In this document: positions 1-12,087 of the stretch, one piece after another
How positions within the stretch are numbered: position 1 is the stretch's first letter
Layout: each line of letters starts with the position of its first letter
DNA from: an uncultured delta proteobacterium
Lineage (GTDB): Bacteria > Desulfobacterota > Binatia > UBA9968
Direction: 5' to 3'
Assembly (NCBI GenBank): GCA_963847445.1
Contig: CAWJZV010000046.1
Coordinates: 288,001-352,000, forward strand
DNA: 64,000 nt
Position numbers and translations under genes: made by a program
The notes under the pieces: model-generated
Databases searched by the model: none
Told to the model about the DNA's origin: nothing
The model's input: only the letters and a program-made list of their open reading frames with translations

Positions 1-40
1 AGGGAATGTCGCCCGATATAAATACAACCGCAGTCATGGA

Positions 41-3000
41 TTGATCGACATTATGGACCCGGCGGGCAATCATGCCGCGCGAAATGAGTACGATGCTAAC
101 GGACGGTTGATCGCGACTATCGATGCCAATGGCAATCGCGTTGAATTCACCCACAATTTGAACAGCTCGCAGGAAATTGTACGAGATCGCCTCGGTAATG
201 TGACGGTGTTCGAGTACGACGCTGCGGGTAACGTCGCGTCCAAGACGGACGCGCTGGGTAATCGCACGACATACACCCACGACAGTCAGGGTAACCAACT
301 TACCGAGACCGATCCGCTCGGGCGGACTGCCAGTAATACGTACGACGCTCGACGCAACGTGCTCACCCGCAGGGACTTTGACGGTAATTCGACGACCAAC
401 ACCTACAATGCCCTGAATCAGGTGCTAGTAACCACAGACCCTGAAGGGCGGACGATAACCAATATCTACGACGCGAAGGGTAACCTCACGCAGATTACTG
501 ATCCGGAGGGCGGGGTTACGCGGCATACCTACGACGCCGCAGGCAATCGCCTCACGACAACCGACCCGTTGGGAAACGTGACCCGAAGCACGTACAACGC
601 TTTTGGCAACAAGACATCAGAGATCGATCCCGTCGGGACGCTGACCACTCTTACCTACGATACAAGTGGCAACGTTCTGTCGAGCACCAAGGCCGGCACG
701 CATACCACGCAGTTCCAGTATGACGCCGCGGCGCGCCTGATCAAGCTCATCGACGCACTCGGTCAACAAGTCATCACAACTTACAGCCTAGCGGGTGATG
801 GTAAAAAACCCGCATCGGTCACCGACGCCAGGGGACAGGTCAGGGCCTTGGATTACGACGCGCGCGGAAATCTTATTCGCACGGCGTATTCTGACGGATC
901 CGCGGACACCACCGCTTACGACGCCGAGAATCGCGTCGTAAGCAAAACTGACCGAGACGGCCGGTCGACCTCATTCGAGTACGACGCGCTCGGGCGCCAG
1001 ACCAAGAACATCAATCCGGATGGGACGTCGAGCACTAAGACGTACGATGCGGTTGGGCGGGCGGTCACGCAAATGAACGAACGAGGAAGTGTCACAACGT
1101 ACACTTATGCGCCTAACAAACAAACGGTGACGGATGCGATCGGCAACGCGACGGCGCATGAGTTCGATAGCAAGCGGCGGCGGATCAAGGCAACCGACGC
1201 GCTCGGGAATGTGGTACGGTTCGTCTACGACAGCGTTGGCAACCTTTTGACAACCACTTTTCCCGACGGTACGGCCAAGATCACGTCTTACGACGCTGCG
1301 AAGCGCAAGATAGCAGAAACGGATCAAGCGGGGCGGGTAACCCAGTTCGCATACGATGCAGTCGCGCGTTTAGTCCGCGTCACGGACGCCGCAGGAAGTA
1401 TCATTGCCTACACATACGATGCGCTTGGGAATCGGATCAGCCAAACAGATGCCAATAACCATACTACCCAGTTGACTTACGATTTGCTGGGTCGCGTGAT
1501 TAAACGCACGCGGCCACTCGGCCAATTCGAGACGTTTACCTACGACGCGAACGGCAACCAACTCTCTCATACCGACTTCAACGGCCAGGCGATTTCATAC
1601 ACCTATGACGCAAACAACCGGCAGGTCGCCAAAATACTACCGGGAGGGACCGTCGTTTCCTTTGCATACACGCCAACGGGACTTCGGACAGCGGCTGGTG
1701 GAGATACATACGTCTATGACGCAATGGCCCGGTTGGTCCGAGAGACCAAAGCAAATGGCGATATCCTTACCTACACCTACGATCCTGCGGGTAATCGCAG
1801 CTCGGTTACGACGCCGCAAGGAACGACGACGAGCACCTATGATGCGCTCAATCGCTTAGCAACCGTCGTGGATACTACAACCGGCACGACCAGCTACGGG
1901 TACGATGCTGTGGGCAATCTGGCATCGACCACGTATCCGAATGGGGTGACGACTACCTACGCCTACGATAATCTCAATCGCCTCAACCAGATGATTAATA
2001 GTGGCCCAAGCGGCTTGATTTCATCGTACAGCTATACGCTTGGCGCAGCGGGAAATCGTCTGCAAGTTGTCGAAGCGGGGCCGGCGACGACAGGGCGCAC
2101 GGTGTTCTATAGCTACGATAGCGTCTACCGCTTGACACAGGAGGTTATCGACGAACCGGGCGCGGCCAATGACCAGACCATTGCCTACACCTACGACGCG
2201 GTAGGTAATCGCACGCTGATGAATCGTAGCGGTGTCAGCACCGCCTACACTTATGACGCCAACGATCGCCTGCTCACCGAGGCGAGTCCTGCAGGAACTT
2301 TCACGTCGACTTTCGATGCCAACGGCAACCTCAAGACTCGTGGCAACGGGACGAGCACGGATTCCTACACTTACGACGCTGAGAACCGACTCGTGAGTGC
2401 GAATGTCCAGACCGGGGCCAATCCTGGCTCGGTGAGTTATACCTACGATGCCGACGGTATGCGCACTAGCAAGACTGCCGGTGGCATCGCCACTGCGTTC
2501 CTGCTGGACAAGAATCGGCAGTATGCCCAGGTGCTGGTGGAAAGCACGGCTAGCGCTACGGTCACTTACAGCTACGGCCACGGTCTCATCAGCCAGACAC
2601 GACCAGGGACAGGCGCACGCTTCTATCAATACGATGGACAACTTTCGACCAGGCAGCTGACCAACACAACTGGCGGCGTAACCGATACCTACAGCTATGA
2701 TGCGTTTGGAGTGCTGCTGAGCTCAACTGGATCAACACCAAATCTTTACCTATACACCGGCGAGCAACTTGATCCGAATGTTGGGTTCTACTACCTGCGT
2801 GCTCGCTACTACAACCAGGCGACGGGGCGGTTCATCTCAACCGATCCAGAAGAGGGCAATATTTTCGATCCGGTCTCCTTGCATCGATATCTCTATGCCA
2901 ATTCCAATCCCGTCACCAATTGGGACCCGTCCGGACGATCTATTTTGGCTGAGCAACTATTGGCGATTGCGTTGCGCGGAGCGTTATATGGTGGGCTTTC

Positions 3001-3493
3001 GGGTGTTGCTGTCTCACTTTCATTCACTTTAGGGAGGGGTGAAACTCCAACAGTTGGCGGGGTCCTGGTTGCGTTTGGAACAGGAGCATTCTTTGGCGCT
3101 ATTTCCGCGGTTTTTGGACCAGGGACAGGAATTGCGGCGGCAAGCGTTCCGACACTCATTACTGCGATATTGCGTACGGCTGTGAGCATAATCGAGATTC
3201 ACAAAACCAGGAACGTTTACATCAGCGACGTTGAGCTTCAAGCTTTAGCTTATTCCCCTTTGACCTTAACATCCGGTACAGCGATCGACGCGGGAGCCAG
3301 CGGAACAAAAGAGGGCGCTTTCCTCGTGCTGGTAGTGGCGGCGTTTAATTTCATAGCTGGATTCTCGACAAAGCAGTTTTCGGAGTTTGTCAAAGAGCCG
3401 ATTCTGGGGAGATCGCCAAATTCGGAGTCCGTCTTCTGGTATAAGGAGAATAAGTATCCACAGCCGATTAAAGAGATCCTTGCTGCTTTCTAA
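41..3493 (+). CDS. Rhs/YD-repeat protein with Rhs core and divergent C-terminal domain (5' end lies before the window)
   Basis: Dozens of YD repeats; core YTGEQLD...YYLRARYY...GRFISTDP...YLYANSNPVTNWDPSG; frame open from the window start. Confidence 0.95.
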   Translation: MIDIMDPAGNHAARNEYDANGRLIATIDANGNRVEFTHNLNSSQEIVRDRLGNVTVFEYDAAGNVASKTDALGNRTTYTHDSQGNQLTETDPLGRTASNTYDARRNVLTRRDFDGNSTTNTYNALNQVLVTTDPEGRTITNIYDAKGNLTQITDPEGGVTRHTYDAAGNRLTTTDPLGNVTRSTYNAFGNKTSEIDPVGTLTTLTYDTSGNVLSSTKAGTHTTQFQYDAAARLIKLIDALGQQVITTYSLAGDGKKPASVTDARGQVRALDYDARGNLIRTAYSDGSADTTAYDAENRVVSKTDRDGRSTSFEYDALGRQTKNINPDGTSSTKTYDAVGRAVTQMNERGSVTTYTYAPNKQTVTDAIGNATAHEFDSKRRRIKATDALGNVVRFVYDSVGNLLTTTFPDGTAKITSYDAAKRKIAETDQAGRVTQFAYDAVARLVRVTDAAGSIIAYTYDALGNRISQTDANNHTTQLTYDLLGRVIKRTRPLGQFETFTYDANGNQLSHTDFNGQAISYTYDANNRQVAKILPGGTVVSFAYTPTGLRTAAGGDTYVYDAMARLVRETKANGDILTYTYDPAGNRSSVTTPQGTTTSTYDALNRLATVVDTTTGTTSYGYDAVGNLASTTYPNGVTTTYAYDNLNRLNQMINSGPSGLISSYSYTLGAAGNRLQVVEAGPATTGRTVFYSYDSVYRLTQEVIDEPGAANDQTIAYTYDAVGNRTLMNRSGVSTAYTYDANDRLLTEASPAGTFTSTFDANGNLKTRGNGTSTDSYTYDAENRLVSANVQTGANPGSVSYTYDADGMRTSKTAGGIATAFLLDKNRQYAQVLVESTASATVTYSYGHGLISQTRPGTGARFYQYDGQLSTRQLTNTTGGVTDTYSYDAFGVLLSSTGSTPNLYLYTGEQLDPNVGFYYLRARYYNQATGRFISTDPEEGNIFDPVSLHRYLYANSNPVTNWDPSGRSILAEQLLAIALRGALYGGLSGVAVSLSFTLGRGETPTVGGVLVAFGTGAFFGAISAVFGPGTGIAAASVPTLITAILRTAVSIIEIHKTRNVYISDVELQALAYSPLTLTSGTAIDAGASGTKEGAFLVLVVAAFNFIAGFSTKQFSEFVKEPILGRSPNSESVFWYKENKYPQPIKEILAAF

Positions 3494-3559
3494 CAAGAGA
3501 GGACGGTGGGACTTGACAGGCTGTATGAATCTGAGTTTCCTATAGATGTTTCGACATCA

Positions 3560-3973
3560 ATGGAAGTGAACTGGCGTGCCCTAACTCTGGCCTTCGTTCT
3601 CATCGCTTCGAGTGCTCCATCGTCGCAAGCGCAACATCATCCGCTGGTCGGCACCTGGCGGTCTTCCGCGGTCACTCAGGCCGGCGAGCAGCAGGTGGAA
3701 ATCGTGATTCAAGCCAACGGGACCTATAGCCAACAGTGGCGCGGTCGGAACATCTTGAATACCTACACCGGTCGGTGGCGGGTGATGGATGGTGGGATCG
3801 TCCGCTTCGACATCGATGACTGGCAGCCCAAAGAGTGGTGCGGGCCTCTCGGCTGCACCAAGATCCTGCGCCCTCCAGGCACTACGGCTCGCATCCAATT
3901 TCAGGGAGCGAACCGCTTCCGAGCGACGCCCATGGATGGCAGCGCGAGTTTAGTCTATCAACGGGCGGGCTAG
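3560..3973 (+). CDS. Secreted small beta-rich protein, candidate Rhs immunity/accessory protein
   Basis: Signal peptide MEVNWRALTLAFVLIASSAPSSQA; LVGTW motif; directly after Rhs. Confidence 0.65.
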   Translation: MEVNWRALTLAFVLIASSAPSSQAQHHPLVGTWRSSAVTQAGEQQVEIVIQANGTYSQQWRGRNILNTYTGRWRVMDGGIVRFDIDDWQPKEWCGPLGCTKILRPPGTTARIQFQGANRFRATPMDGSASLVYQRAG

Positions 3974-4117
3974 ACGACATTCGTTCGCCATGGAGCGGTA
4001 TCGTCCTCAGCGGGAGAGCAGGTCCCGTCTATTTTCAAAGCATAAGCAGGTGATCCATTATACCTCTGCTCGAGCGGCAGACGTTTAGCGGTTCCCCTGT
4101 GGTTACTTTTGCGACCG

Positions 4118-4896
4118 CTATTTGCTAGCGATTTTAGGTTTCAGGTCATCGAAGCTGCCGCCGAAGTAGGAGACGTTGTGAAATGCTTCCTTGGCAATAG
4201 CCTCAGTCGCGGCGCGGGCTTGAGCGCCGTCCTTGCCAAAAACGATGATGCGCGTGTTGTGGTCCTCCATCGGTAATCGACCATCGTCCCTTTGCCTTCT
4301 TTACATCTGCAATTGTGACGTTGCGCGCTCCCGGAACGCTCCCGGCCTTGAACTCTTCGGGGCCGCGAGCGTCAAGAAACACGGCTGTCTTGTCCTTCTC
4401 AAGGACGTAGATCACGCCCGCAAGCTCTATTTCGGTAACACCGACCAGCGCACGCCACACGGGAATGCCTAGCTGATAGCGCCGCACGTTGGTGTATCCA
4501 GCAGCGATCAGTTCCTCTGAAAGTCGTTTGCTTTTACCGCAGAAAGGTCCGTTGCAATATAACACAATGGGCGCAGACTTATTGTTTCCATACGACGCGC
4601 CCGACCTCCGTGACATCAGACACGTACAGCGAGATCGGGACCCCCGGCTTTTCAGAAACATTGACCGCGCCGGGAATATGGCTCATGGAATACTCCATAA
4701 GTGGCCGGGCGTCGAACACCGTAGCGCTCTTCTCCGCAAGGATCTTACGGAGATCGCTGGTTGACACCTCAGGGGCCTTTTGACCGGACTCCATCAAAGT
4801 GGTCTCGTAGACGGTCGCCGGCGACTCGGCGTTGGCGCAAGTCACGACTGCGCCCAGTGCGAGCAAAAATATTATTTGGAAAAGCGTCGTTTTCAT
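4118..4896 (-). CDS. Secreted tandem rhodanese-domain protein (frameshifted)
   Basis: Signal peptide MKTTLFQIIFLLALG; DARP..EY..SHIPGAVNV, IVLYCNGPFCGKS, second domain DARGPEEF..GSVPGARN; joined across frames. Confidence 0.85.
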
Positions 4897-5069
4897 GGTC
4901 TTAGATTCCTTTTCGTGAATTGAGTTTAACAGCCACTCATTTTGCTCTCTCTCACTACTTAATCGTCTCCCGCATACATGTTTGCTCCTCCCTATCATTT
5001 GGTAAAAATTGCCACCTCTTGTACCTCGGCGTTCGGTATGCAATGAGCCTAATCAGAGAGCTGCGGAAA

Positions 5070-5115
5070 GTCCCAAAAAAAGTCCAAAGAAATTCCAAAA
5101 TGTTTCCAGAAGTTT
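5070..5115. promoter_or_regulatory. Four direct repeats at 11-bp spacing in the divergent promoter (probable wHTH regulator binding sites)
   Basis: YCCA at 5072, 5083, 5094, 5105. Confidence 0.5.
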
Positions 5116-5130
5116 CGTTCAGGTCCGGAC

Positions 5131-8077
5131 ATGCAGGAAGAACAACAATCGTTTTTTGGTCCGTTTCGGCTGGATCCAACTAACGAATGCCTTTGGCGTG
5201 GAAACAAAGAGATTCGGCTACATCCGAAAGCCTTTGTGTTGCTACGCTATCTCGTGGATCGCCGCGGTCAAATGGTGACGAAAGAGTCTCTGTTGGAGAC
5301 GCTCTGGTCGGCGGTCAACGTCACCGAAGCGGTCTTGTCGGTCTATGTTGCGGAAATTCGGAAAGCTCTCGGTGAGGACCCAAAGAAGCCCACGTTTATC
5401 GAGACACTGCACCGTAGGGGCTATCGCTTCATTGCCCCCGTCACTATTTCCCATCGGCCAGAGGCAAGTCAGAGTACGGCCGGCAGCGAGGCATTGATAA
5501 GACCGATCATGTGTGAAGCGGCTACGGTCATCGGCGCTGAGCCGATCATCGGCCGTGAAAAAGATCTATCCTTTTTGCTGGAAAAATTGGAAGCGGTGCT
5601 GCACGGGACGGGAAGCGTTGTGTTCACCACCGGTCCGGCAGGCATCGGAAAGACCCGGCTGGTACGAGAGTTCCGACATCACGCAGTGCGCTGTGGCTTC
5701 CAATGGTTCGGAGGCAAGTACGAAAAAGCTGGAAACCATCCCTATTCGGTCTGGGTAGACATGCTGAAGGGATATCTCCAGCAACGGGACGCCGCATCGC
5801 TGCGCATGCTCATGGGCCCATACGTAACGGAGCTGGCAGGCATCGTCCCTGAAGTGATGCCGCGAGAGAATGGCACCTCAAAGGTCGCGCCACAAGACTC
5901 GGGAATTGAACAGAAGCCGCCCTACTTGAGGCATGGACTCATTTTCTGGTCCAAATTTCCCGGGAGGCACCGCTTGTGCTTTTTCTCGATGATGTGCAAT
6001 GGGCAGGCTCTCTGGAGCTACTGCATCATCTGGCGAGCAACATAGGAAACCAACGGGTTCTCGCGCTGGTTGCTTATCGGGATGAGGAACTAAAGATGAA
6101 TCCGAGCCCGTGGAAGACGGTTCTCGCGATGAACCGGGAGCGGCTTTTTCATCCGCTTTCTTTGGATCCTCTCGATCAAAAAGAGGTGGCGCAGTTAATA
6201 TCGCAGAAGGTCGAAAAGACCATTGCTCCCAACCTCGTTGACGTCATCTATCAGAGGACCAGGGGGAACCCGTTTTTTGTGGAGGAAATTGTACGACTCC
6301 TCCATGAGCGAAAAGTCATAGTCGATACCGAGGCAGGCTTGGATTTGAGAGAATCGGCATCGTTAGAGATGCCCGAGTCTGTGAAAACAGTGATTAACGA
6401 ACGCGTTGAGAGGCTTGGGAAGAATGCAGTGGAGTTGCTTCGAATGGCCTCGGTCATTGGACGGGAGTTCCCATTGCGCGTGCTTGAAGAGTTCGCAGGC
6501 GAGCAGGAAGAGGAACTCATTGGCGTGATGGACCGCTGCGAAGGGTACGGGCTAGTCCACTCAATATCGGGAGTGGGAGAAGAAAAGTACGCCTTCACAC
6601 ACGACTTATTGCAGGAGGCTCTCTATGAGAGTATCGGCCCCGCGAGACGACGGCGTTACCATCTGCGAATAGCGCAAGTCATCGAAAAGCTCTATGCTTC
6701 GCGACTGGAAAACAGGTATGAGAGTCTGGCCTACCATTTCCGAGAGGGCAACAGCTTAGAAAATGCTGCTATCTATTCTCATCGAGCGGGTGTAAAAGCA
6801 GCGTCACATTTCGCCTACCGGGACGCGCTGCTGTACTTTGAGCAAGCTCTTGGGGCGCTCGAACATCTGCCCGAGGGTCGACACAAGTTGGAGCAAGCCA
6901 TCGCTATTCGGATTGACCGTGGCCCTGCGCTTATCGCCCTTGGAGGTTATTTGGCCCCAGGGGTGGAAGAAAACTACACCCAGGCGGGAAAACTGTGCGA
7001 GCAATTGGGAGAGACCACTCAACTTTTCCCGGTCTTATGGACGCTATCACGAATCCGTAACTGGCGGGGTCAATTGCCGGCAGCAAGGCAGCTAGCGGAA
7101 CAACTGCTTTCGCTTGCCCGGCGCGAACAGGACTCGCTTCGGCTATTGGAGGCCCATCACACGCTATGGGCGATCTTGCTGGACATAGGTGAGTTGGCCT
7201 CGACCAAGGACAACGCAGAGCAAGGCTTTATGCTGTACGATCGCGTGCGCCACGGGCAGCTCGGTTCCGTATACCGGCGGGCATGACGCAGGGGTGTGCT
7301 CGCGAATCCATGCGGCGAAGGCCGTATGGTTACTTTGGCTACCCGGATCAAGCTTTGCAGATAATCGAGGGCGCGCTGATCATGGCAACGGAGCTGTCCC
7401 ATCCGTACAGTTTATGGTTGGCCCTGATGGCAGCTATTTGGATACATCATCAACGCGGGGACAGGCAGGCTGCTCAGGACCGAGTGGAAAACTTGCGGGT
7501 GCTAGCGACGGAACAGGCGCATCGACGCTGGATAAGGACAGCAACTTTCTTGCAAGGGTGGCTGATGGTCGAGCGGGGTCAATGGGAGCGGGGGATAGCG
7601 CAAATGCGCCAGGGCGAGAGTGAACTGGTTATAGAGGCGAGACAGCAGACTTACTACGCGACGCTGGTGGCGCAGGCCTGCCTCAAAGGTGGGCAAACCG
7701 AACAGGCTCATAGTGTTCTGACCAAAGAGCTAGAAAGAGTTCGCGATACTGGGGTTCGTTACTACGAGGCTGAATTACATCGAATAAAAGGAGAGGTGCT
7801 GTTACGGCGCTCAGCTTCGTCTCGAAATGAGGCAGAGACGTGCTTTCACACGGCTATCGATTTGTCCCACGACCAAGGGACCAAGTCATTGGAGCTCCGG
7901 GCAATAATGAGCCTGAGTGATCTATGGCAAAAACAGGGGAAAAAAGAAGAAGCCCGGCAAATGCTTCAGGATATTTACGGTTGGTTCACTGAGGGTTTTG
8001 ACACGGCAGATCTCAAACAGGCCAAACAGCTCCTGAATGTGTTTTCCGGACGAACCCGACTCCCGGCTCCGGAGTAA
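5131..8077 (+). CDS. OmpR/CadC-type winged-helix + AAA ATPase + TPR-like transcriptional regulator (2 frameshifts)
   Basis: FGPFRLD...FIETLHRRGYRFIA; Walker A GPAGIGKT; LFLDDVQWA; GNPFFVEE; C-terminal YGWFTEGFDTADL. Confidence 0.9.
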
Positions 8078-8431
8078 TGTCAGAAATAAGCGGTAATTCA
8101 TTATCCGAACGGAGGTTCAGCTGCGCGAGTTGTTCGCTTGTTCAGGAGGACGGAAAAAGAAACCGCGGAGGCATTGTTACTTAAAAATCTACGCGGTGAA
8201 CGCCGCGACCGTTCCTTTTGGTCGCTGAGAACTTTGAGATTTTGGGAGTTACGACTAAAGAATCAGTTCGAAAAAAAAATTGCGGATGATCGCGCTCTTT
8301 GTCGTTCGTAATTGGGGCCAGTCCTTCATTTCTTCAAATTTCTCTCTGAAATTCTTTTTCGAACACTAAACCTAACCGCTACACCGGCACACGCCACGCG
8401 TCCAGTGTTTCGCAAGATTTACATTTTGTCG

Positions 8432-9223
8432 CTATGAGTTTGAAGGTAATAACCGATGTGTGATTTCGTAAAGCCAAGGATCGTTCTCAATTAGACGCGA
8501 AAAGTTTGAAAGCACTAATTTTTCGACTCTCTCCGGCGTCGATTGCCGCAATTCGGCCACCGTTTTCACAACATCGATAATCGCCTCTGGCATACCGATC
8601 TCGTCGTTTTTCTTCAACCACTTGAGCGCGCCGGGATTGTCCGTTTCGGTGAGCAATAGATGATCCGGCACCGCCTTGGCGATGTCTTTGATGTAGTCGG
8701 AATAAAGCACTTCGACGCCGATGGTAAAGTAACAGCCGAAGTCGATCATCGCTGCTAGAACATCCATCGGTCCGGAGTACCAATGGATGATCGCGCGGCG
8801 GACGTCATATTTTACAAGCAAGTCGAGGATTTCTTTTTCGCCGGCTTTGGTGTGCAGATTGACGAACTTGTTCTGCTCGCCGGCCGCGGCGATGAAGTAT
8901 TCCAAGACTTTTCTCTGCGCGGGATAGGTTGTCGTGTCCTTCACCCAGTGGAGATCCAGGCCGATCTCGCCGATGGCGGGGCTACTCTCGATATAGCGGC
9001 TGAGTTCCGGCAAACGATCGGCGTACTCAGCGGCGCGCCGGGGATGGATACCGAAGGTGGGCAGAACCAGTTCAGAGCGCTCGCCGATCTTTTGCAGCTC
9101 CAGGTACGATGGCAAATCCATCGCCGTGGCGACGGTAAAGATTTGCTGCTCGGCGATCTGCTGCAGAGCGCGATCGAGTAGAGCGCCGTATTTGTCTAAA
9201 TGAACATGGGCGTCGATGAGCAT
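8432..9223 (-). CDS. tatD: TatD family hydrolase
   Basis: IDAHVHL, GIHP, IGEIGLD, ETDNP motifs. Confidence 0.9.
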   Translation of the reverse strand: MLIDAHVHLDKYGALLDRALQQIAEQQIFTVATAMDLPSYLELQKIGERSELVLPTFGIHPRRAAEYADRLPELSRYIESSPAIGEIGLDLHWVKDTTTYPAQRKVLEYFIAAAGEQNKFVNLHTKAGEKEILDLLVKYDVRRAIIHWYSGPMDVLAAMIDFGCYFTIGVEVLYSDYIKDIAKAVPDHLLLTETDNPGALKWLKKNDEIGMPEAIIDVVKTVAELRQSTPERVEKLVLSNFSRLIENDPWLYEITHRLLPSNS

Positions 9224-9254
9224 GGTTGTTTCCGTTTCAGGCGAAGTAAAGTTC

Positions 9255-9362
9255 CGTCATGCCCGCGTACGCGGGCATCCAGGCCCGCCCTCGACCTGGA
9301 TACCGTTCTTCAACGGTATGACGGACATAGCCCGCCACCGTCCCGCGTTCGGGGGAATGACG
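9255..9362. repeat. REP-like palindromic element (GTCATGCCCGCG...GGCATCCAG...CTGGATACCG...CGGTATGAC)
   Basis: Nested hairpins; related copy at 41026-41138 and a decayed copy near 57910-58025. Confidence 0.75.
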
Positions 9363-9564
9363 ATAGTGTGAAAGTCCGGCTGCGAGTCGACACTTATAAA
9401 ATTCCTCAGCGTTTAACCTAAAGGTTGTTCAATAGTACCGGCGATCATAGTTCTCGCCGTCTGTGTCCGCAAGCATGTGTAGTGAATCGCCTTGAGCCGA
9501 CGTAAAGCTGCGTGTATCATCCGGCGATGTTTGGTTATGTTTAGTTTATAAGGATAGAAACCGG

Positions 9565-10542
9565 ATGAATTTTCTTGTTGTCGTGTTGCTCTTGCTCGCC
9601 ACAGCGGTGCCTTGCCAAGCGCGCAAGGTGTCGGTGGGTATACCAGTCGTCGACGTGTCGCAGAGCGCGCTCTATGTCGCGCGCGACCGCGGCTATTTCC
9701 AAAAAGAAGGGCTCGAGGTCGAGCTTGTTTTGATGCGTGGCGGGGTGGCCAATCAAGCGCTGATTACCGGCAACGTTGATTTCACGACGGTGCCGACGGC
9801 GGCGCTGCAAGCGGGTCTGCAAGGGGCGCCGGTGAAGGTGTTGCTCAGCACTTTCCACAAGCCGATGTTCTGGCTTTACTCACGCCAGACGATTCGAACT
9901 CCCAAGGATCTGAGCGGTAAGAAAGTCGCGGTGTCGAGTTTGGGCGCGGCGGGAGATTCGGCGTTGCGCGAGTGGCTCAAGAAAAACGGCATGGATGAAA
10001 ACCGCGAAGTGGCGATCCTCGCCATCGGTACTACCGCGACGCGGCTTGGCTCGCTGGCCACCGGCGTCGTCGATGCCGCGATGATGACCTTCCCACATAA
10101 CATCACCGCCGGAGAGCAGGGTTTTCGCGAGCTGATGTCGTTCATCGGCTCGGACATCATTCAACTGCAAGGCGCCATCGTCACCCACGATGGCTTGCTA
10201 AAATCCGATCCGAGCTTGGTGGAGAAGTTTCTCCGGGCGACGATCCGGGGACTGATTTACTATTCGACCAATCGCAGCGGCGCGGTGTCGATTCTGGCGC
10301 GCAACGCCAGGTCGTCGGAAGATCTGGCGGGCAAAGTTTATGATCTGGTCAAACCGGCGCTGACTCCTGACGGGATTCTCAATGACGATTTGCAACGGCG
10401 GGTCATGAGTCCGCTCTTGGAGCGCGTCGGGCGTAAGGATGTTTCAATCGGGCGATTTTTCGACTTTCGCGTTAGCGCGGAAGATCAATGCGGAGTTAAA
10501 GGCCGGAGAAGCCTTAGAGATTGGTTTCAAAGGTTCCAATAG
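9565..10542 (+). CDS. ABC substrate-binding protein, NMT1/SsuA-like
   Basis: Signal peptide; GYFQKEGLEVELV; DLSGKKVAVS. Confidence 0.9.
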   Translation: MNFLVVVLLLLATAVPCQARKVSVGIPVVDVSQSALYVARDRGYFQKEGLEVELVLMRGGVANQALITGNVDFTTVPTAALQAGLQGAPVKVLLSTFHKPMFWLYSRQTIRTPKDLSGKKVAVSSLGAAGDSALREWLKKNGMDENREVAILAIGTTATRLGSLATGVVDAAMMTFPHNITAGEQGFRELMSFIGSDIIQLQGAIVTHDGLLKSDPSLVEKFLRATIRGLIYYSTNRSGAVSILARNARSSEDLAGKVYDLVKPALTPDGILNDDLQRRVMSPLLERVGRKDVSIGRFFDFRVSAEDQCGVKGRRSLRDWFQRFQ

Positions 10543-10552
10543 TTCCAGATGT

Positions 10553-11878
10553 TCAATTCATGACCAGGAAAACGGTGCTTTGATCTACTGCTGGTCCTCC
10601 TAGACTAGAGTCAGTTAGCTTTTTCTTCCAGTGCTCCTGCCAGTCGGCGCCGGCGGCGAGAACTTCGGATTCAACTGTGAGTTGCGGGAAGCGGTTGGCG
10701 TCGGGCGCGCGAATCACATGCGGGCCTTCGCGGCCGGCATCGACGTCGCGAATCGCACGCAAGAGCTGGCGGCGCGCGACGATGATGGCTTTGTCGCTGG
10801 GGCCAAGGAATTCCTTGCTGCGGTCGACGATCTCGCCGCACCCTTCGACGATGGCGACATCGTGGACGTTGAAGATCCGTCCCATGCCGGAGAAGCTCCA
10901 AGTCTTCATTGCCTCGCGGTCCTGCAGGTAGCGATTACTCTTGTTGCGTTTAGGCCGGTAGCCGGGGCCGAGCTCGTCTAATATTTCTCGATCGCGCTCG
11001 ATGTCGCGCTTGTTCCATGGGCGCGCTGCGGCGAAACACGAAGTCGTAGCGCCAATGGTGCGTGTCGTCGATGGGGACATGCCAGTAAAGATTGTAGCCG
11101 TCGCCCGACATCGGTCCCGGGATCGTCGCCTTGTTGGGAAACACGTAGTTGGTCACGCGAAAAAACGTCCGGCCGTCGACATCGCGCAGGGAGAAGATGC
11201 GCACGCCATAATCGGTCTCTTCGGCGTCGATGCGCGGCGCCATGTCGGCGTCGTAGAGCGCCAGCGGCAGCTTGCCGTCGTGCCGGTCACGGTGCGTTTC
11301 AAATTATCCGGCACGTTGGCTTGGCGGTGTAGATAGGAAACGTGGCTCGGATCGAGATTGCCTTCGTTAGCCTGAAAGAAATTGCATTCATGATAAAACT
11401 TGGAGACCAGCACATGACCGGCCGGCGCGACTAGCGGTTCGTAGTTGGGCAATAGCGGCGGCTCGCCCGGTCCCATGTAGGCGAAGATAGCTCCAGCGCG
11501 CTCTTGGCAGGGGTAGGCCGGATGGCGCACTTTCTCGCAAAAGCGCCGGTCCGGCGGCTCGCAGGGTTGCTCGATGCAGCGGCCTTTACGGTCGAACAAC
11601 CAGCCGTGGTACAGGCAGCGCAGGCCGCCATCTTCCACTCGGCCATAGCTCAAGTCGGCGCGCCGGTGCGAGCAGTATTGGCCGATCAAGCCGAGCTTGC
11701 CGTCGTTGCCGCGGAACAGAACCAGATCTTCGCTCATGACCTTGACCGGCAGCGGCGCGCCGTCGCTCGGCAGCTCTGCGACGAGGGCTACCGGGTGCCA
11801 ATGACGCCGCAATAAATTTCCTCCCGGCGTGCCCGGACCGGTGTGAGTGATTAGGTTGTTGTCTTCCTGGGAAAGCAT
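10553..11878 (-). CDS. Rieske non-heme iron oxygenase, phthalate 4,5-dioxygenase-like (frameshifted)
   Basis: CSHRRADL...CLYHGW Rieske motif; EGNLDPSHVSYLH; TGPGTPGGNLLRRHWHP. Confidence 0.9.
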
Positions 11879-12087
11879 CTGGTCATTTCCGATTTTAACA
11901 TACGAGCCGTTTTTCGATCGTAGCAGGGGTTTTATCACCATTCCCGCATTGGTGGCAATCACTGTTGGTCTGCCGTCTTATGCACAGGCGTCTGGCGGTC
12001 GCGCCTTGCATTGTCGCGGAACAGGTTGGCAGAGGCGGTACGTCAATCGTCGAATAGAAAAGTGACGTGAGATGAACGGGGGTAGCT

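Noticed and set aside
8266-8364. GTTCGAAAAA/TTTTTCGAAC inverted repeat as an island or IS end
   Set aside because: Only 10 bp, partly homopolymer, single copy, and no transposase nearby.
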